The position numbers were made by a program, and so were the translations under genes. Of a stretch of DNA of 24,438 nt, positions 20,924 through 24,438 are shown piece after piece (position 1 is the stretch's first letter; every line of letters starts with the position of its first letter). The notes below the pieces were generated by a model. It ran no database searches and was not told where the DNA came from. It saw only the letters and a list, made by a program, of their open reading frames with translations. The stretch covers positions 1 through 24,438 of the forward strand of contig NW_021836321.1 of assembly GCF_006345805.1 (NCBI RefSeq), written 5' to 3'. Source of the stretch: Octopus sinensis (Eukaryota).

Positions 20924-21876
20924 GGAACACTCCAACGCTGCTGGAGACGTTAAAAAATGGATGGAAGCACTCCGTCGGTTACGACGACGAGGGTTCCGGT
21001 TGATCCGATCAACGGAACAGCCTGCTCGTGAAATTAACGTGTAAGTGGCTGAGCACTCCACAGACACGTGTACTCTTTAACGTAGTTCTCAGGGATATTC
21101 AGCGTGACACAGAGAGTGAAAAGGCCGGCCCTTTGAAATACAGGTACAACAGAAACAGGAAGTAAGAGTGAGAGAAAGTTGTGGTGAAAGAATACAGCAG
21201 GGATCACCACCATCCCCTGCCGGAGCCTCGTGGAGCTTTTAGGTGTTTTAGCTCAATAAACACTCACAACGCCCGGTCTGGGAATCGAAACCGCGATCCT
21301 ATGACCGCGAGTCCGCTGCCCTAACCACTGGGCCATTGCGCCTCCCTGGAGACGTTAAAGGGGTTTGCTGAAAAAAAATGTTTAAGAACTCTTGGTCAAA
21401 CGGTGATATTTGATAAAGAGAAGTTTCACAGCAGACTTCTCTGGTTATATTGATGTTGAGGAACGTCTGCTCATTATCTTCTTTCTCTGCCAGGGATTAT
21501 ACTAAGTACAGATGAACTAATAACACTTGGACATTTTCCTTTATTGCAAGGAACCATGATTTACTAGAGAATATTGGATATTTTTCTCTCACACTGCTGT
21601 ATCGATTGGTAAACACACACATACATTTTTCAGATGAGTTGGGTCTGTAGCTGCTCGGGAGGTTTGTATCTTATACCGGATATTGGAGATGGAACACCAC
21701 TGAATATACCAGCAAATTATTGGATACGATTTTAAACAAGTTAATTTGTGGTCTCAATAAATTTGACTGCTTTTTCTAGCAAATCGAAAGATTATAAAGT
21801 GGATTTCTCCTTGGTGTTTACTGAAGGCGTTCGTTCTGTACATAACGCCATACAGGAATATGTAAATTTGCGCTGA
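20924..21876 (+). pseudogene. Decayed putative terminal exon of an unidentified protein, disrupted by a family A SINE
   Basis: Acceptor-like ATTCTTTACAG (AG 20922-20923). Removing the SINE plus one TSD gives NTPTLLETLKGFAEKKCLRTLGQTVIFDK, followed by long frames (..ARNHDLLENIGYFSLTLLYRL..DELGL*LLGRFVSYTGYWRWNTTEY..; SSKSKDYKVDFSLVFTEGVRSVHNAIQEYVNLR*), with stops and frameshifts. Confidence 0.4.
20955..21345 (-). mobile_element. Family A SINE with 14-bp TSD
   Basis: CTGGAGACGTTAAA at 20941-20954 and 21346-21359. Confidence 0.93.
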
Positions 21877-22348
21877 CGTGTAAATATTTAAATGGCTGTC
21901 CGTATGTGTGAATTGATTAAAAATTGCAATCTATCTGCTTATTGTATTTGAAATAAAAATGTTCGTTTTACTCCAACGCTGGATATGAATTTAAAGTGTT
22001 ATTAACAAGCTGTGTTCAAATAATTATAGTTTCCAGCTTAAATTGAACATTACATATATATCTTGTTTAATGAAATCCCGCTTAGGAAACGGTGTAAAAC
22101 CGTAATTAAAGGAATTAGCGAGATAAGCACGGGTTGTGTCTTTGGAAGAGAACGAAATCCTCTTCTGAATCTACTAACTTTTATTGACTCCTCTTAACAT
22201 CAATTTAATTGAAACAAATGTTTACCAGAGTTTCCTTTTTTCTTCGTCTTTCCATGTCCTCTCTAACTAAGCTGCTAAACCTAAGATTATTTCTATCAGT
22301 AAAACCAATTATTTCCCTTTTAGTGTGTGTGTGTGTGTGTAAAAGTAC

Positions 22349-22567
22349 GCGCGAGCTGGCAGAATCGTTAGCACGCCGGACGGAATGCTTAGCGGTATTT
22401 CGTCTGTCTTCACATTCTGAGTTCAAATTCCGCCGAGGTCGACTTTGCCTTTCATCCTTTCGGGGTCGATTAAATAAGTACCATTTACGCACTGGGGTCG
22501 ATTTAATAGACTTAATCCGTTTGTCTGTCCTCTCTGTGTTTAGCCCCTTGTGGGTAGTAAAGAAATA
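22349..22567 (+). mobile_element. Family C SINE, full length
   Basis: GAGCTGGCAGAATCGTTAGC head, GAGTTCAAATTCC B box, GGTCGACTTTGCCTTTCATCCTTTCGGGGTCGAT domain, tail TAGCCCCTTGTGGGTAGTAAAGAAATA. Confidence 0.85.
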
Positions 22568-22689
22568 TATATACATGTATATATATAAATACATGTTTAT
22601 ACATGTTTATAAAGATGTATGTGTATATATACATACATACATACATACACACATACACACAAAGTTGAAAGATAGTGGGATAGAAAGCA

Positions 22690-22775
22690 GTAAAGAGAGG
22701 AAATGAGTGAGAGACAGAGAGAATAAGCAGTGGAGTGTTTTAAATAGGTGTATGTGTATATATATATATATATAA

Positions 22776-22855
<80 letters not shown>

Positions 22856-22880
22856 TATATATTATATATATTATATATAT
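22690..22880. repeat. (TA)n-rich microsatellite
   Basis: Direct reading; the main TA run is ~22755-22880. Confidence 0.85.
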
Positions 22881-23081
22881 ATGAGTATAATTATATTTAG
22901 GGTTCAGCAAAAAATTGCTTCACACACATACCGAAATTTAGAAATAGCAGTTAAAACTAACTATTTCAGTACCCTAAGAAAATCTCCAACAGTATTGGGA
23001 TAGTTAGTTTAACTGTTTTTTCTAAATTTCGGTATGGTGGTGAAGCAATTTTTGCTGAACCCTAATTCTAATTATACTCAT
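22881..23081. mobile_element. ~200-bp foldback/palindromic MITE-like element
   Basis: ATGAGTATAATTA..TAGGGTTCAGCAAAAAATTGCTTCAC..CATACCGAAATTTAGAAA..CAGTTAAAACTAACTAT is mirrored by its imperfect reverse complement ending ATTATACTCAT. Confidence 0.7.
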
Positions 23082-23235
23082 AATTATAAAATTTTATGTA
23101 TAAATTTACCGATAATGGTTCTTTTGACATACCGAACTACTTGGTAAAATTATCAATTAATTAATTAATTAATCTTACTCTTTATTATTATTATATTATT
23201 ATTATTATATATATATAATATATATATATATCTAA

Positions 23236-23271
<36 letters not shown>

Positions 23272-23868
23272 TATATGTATATAAATGTATGTATTGAAAA
23301 AGTATGCATGTCGAATTAATGGGCCCCCAATTGGTCCATGTGTATTATCAATGATATTTAATAATATCCTATGAATATGCTTACGTGGAATATGGTTACT
23401 TGGCATTTATTTTTATAGATTTATGTGTGTATATGTGTGTGCGTGTGTGTGTTAGTAAAATAAAAGTCTATGCCTCTACCTAACCAACCTAATTGCCTGC
23501 TCAGAGTTTACGCAGAGCAATAAATGGGTCCTTGACGCCATTTTGGCTATAGAAAAAAACCTGAGTCTCTTTCTGTTATCTTATGATATAGAACTATAAA
23601 TTATATCTTTCCCCCCCCCACCTCACTCCTTGTTCTATACAATAATTGGTTGTCTGCTCTTTAACACATCCACCTCCTGGATTTATATATTGATATCGCT
23701 AACTTTAAAGCTCCACGAGTCGAAGTACCGGACAATCATGATTGAGTAGGTAGAAATACACCTCGAGAGACTGGAAATCCACACAATACGTGACGTATTC
23801 TATTCTAGCTACATTAAATAAAGATTTCTAGCGCAACAATTGTCGCAAATTTAAACGCCATTCCTCTG

Positions 23869-23870
<2 letters not shown>

Positions 23871-23899
<29 letters not shown>

Positions 23900-23948
23900 C
23901 ATACATACATACATACATACATACATACATACATACATACATACATAC
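23871..23948. repeat. (TACA)n microsatellite
   Basis: Direct reading. Confidence 0.95.
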
Positions 23949-24160
23949 GGTTCTATATTTAAGAGATGAGGAATTATTTACATTATTTACATTTGACGGA
24001 TACTTGTCCTCATCTTATTTGTGATAAAAACAACGTTTCGGCTGATATACCCTCCAGCTTTCATCAGGTCTCTTGGGGGAAATTTCGAACCTGGGTTCCC
24101 ATTCTAAGTTATTTTCGATGTTGTTGTTGGTTGTTGTGTTATTATTTTATTATTATTATT
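23949..24160 (-). mobile_element. Family H2 copy lacking its tRNA head
   Basis: Reverse complement matches the H2 copy at 16247-16580 from the (AAT/AAC)n tract to the 3' end (~16380-16575). Confidence 0.8.
24028..24071 (-). ncRNA. Minimal type-I hammerhead motif (H2) with canonical CTGATGA core
   Basis: AGAC-CTGATGA-A-AGCTG GAGGGTATAT CAGCC-GAAAC-GTT-GTTT; stem I pairs with one G-U wobble; the stem II closing pair is mismatched. Confidence 0.7.
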
Positions 24161-24438
24161 GAGTGAGAGAGCAGTTCATGCCATCAAAGTGACACTGGGG
24201 TAAAATATAGAAGCACAGTTACCATCATGGACTACCCGTCTGATAAAGGTATACACCAGGCACATGCATCACAACCATATGTGCGCGACATGGTGATCTC
24301 ATGTCAAGGTAAACAGCACATGACCTTGCAGGTGGGACCCAGTTAGAATTTTCTTCAGGTTGAGTAGCCCCATCCCGCTCAAAAACAGTCCCTGAATAAG
24401 GGTTGTTTAAGGATGTTGAAAGAACCACCCATGTTTCC
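24161..24438 (-). mobile_element. Unrelated interspersed repeat ending at the (AAT)n tract; runs off the window
   Basis: Abrupt switch from H2 to non-H2 sequence at the (AAT)n; recalled as a common octopus retroelement 3' end, unverified. Confidence 0.45.

Noticed and set aside
1-24438. CRISPR-like or prokaryotic systems
   Set aside because: No regular repeat-spacer arrays or operon-like ORFs; the DNA is eukaryotic and repeat-derived.

Overview
AT-rich, microsatellite-dense, largely non-genic animal DNA. The SINE types suggest a coleoid cephalopod (Octopus-like); this is an inference from recalled repeat families, not a database hit. No intact protein-coding gene can be supported, and most listed ORFs are microsatellite or SINE artefacts. 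The window holds many tRNA-derived SINEs built from shuffled modules, two related Merlin-like MITEs, mariner and piggyBac remnants, an R4/Dong-like RT remnant and two decayed unidentified coding regions disrupted by mobile elements. The main observation is six minimal type-I hammerhead-ribozyme motifs (stem I-CTG(A/T)(T/A)GA-A-stem II-GAAACGT(A/T)-stem I') in two repeat families. Family H1 is a TA-microsatellite-associated unit present as a 340-nt tandem pair (retrozyme/Penelope-like) plus a solo copy. Family H2 joins a tRNA-like Pol III head to a hammerhead and a 3' stem-loop.
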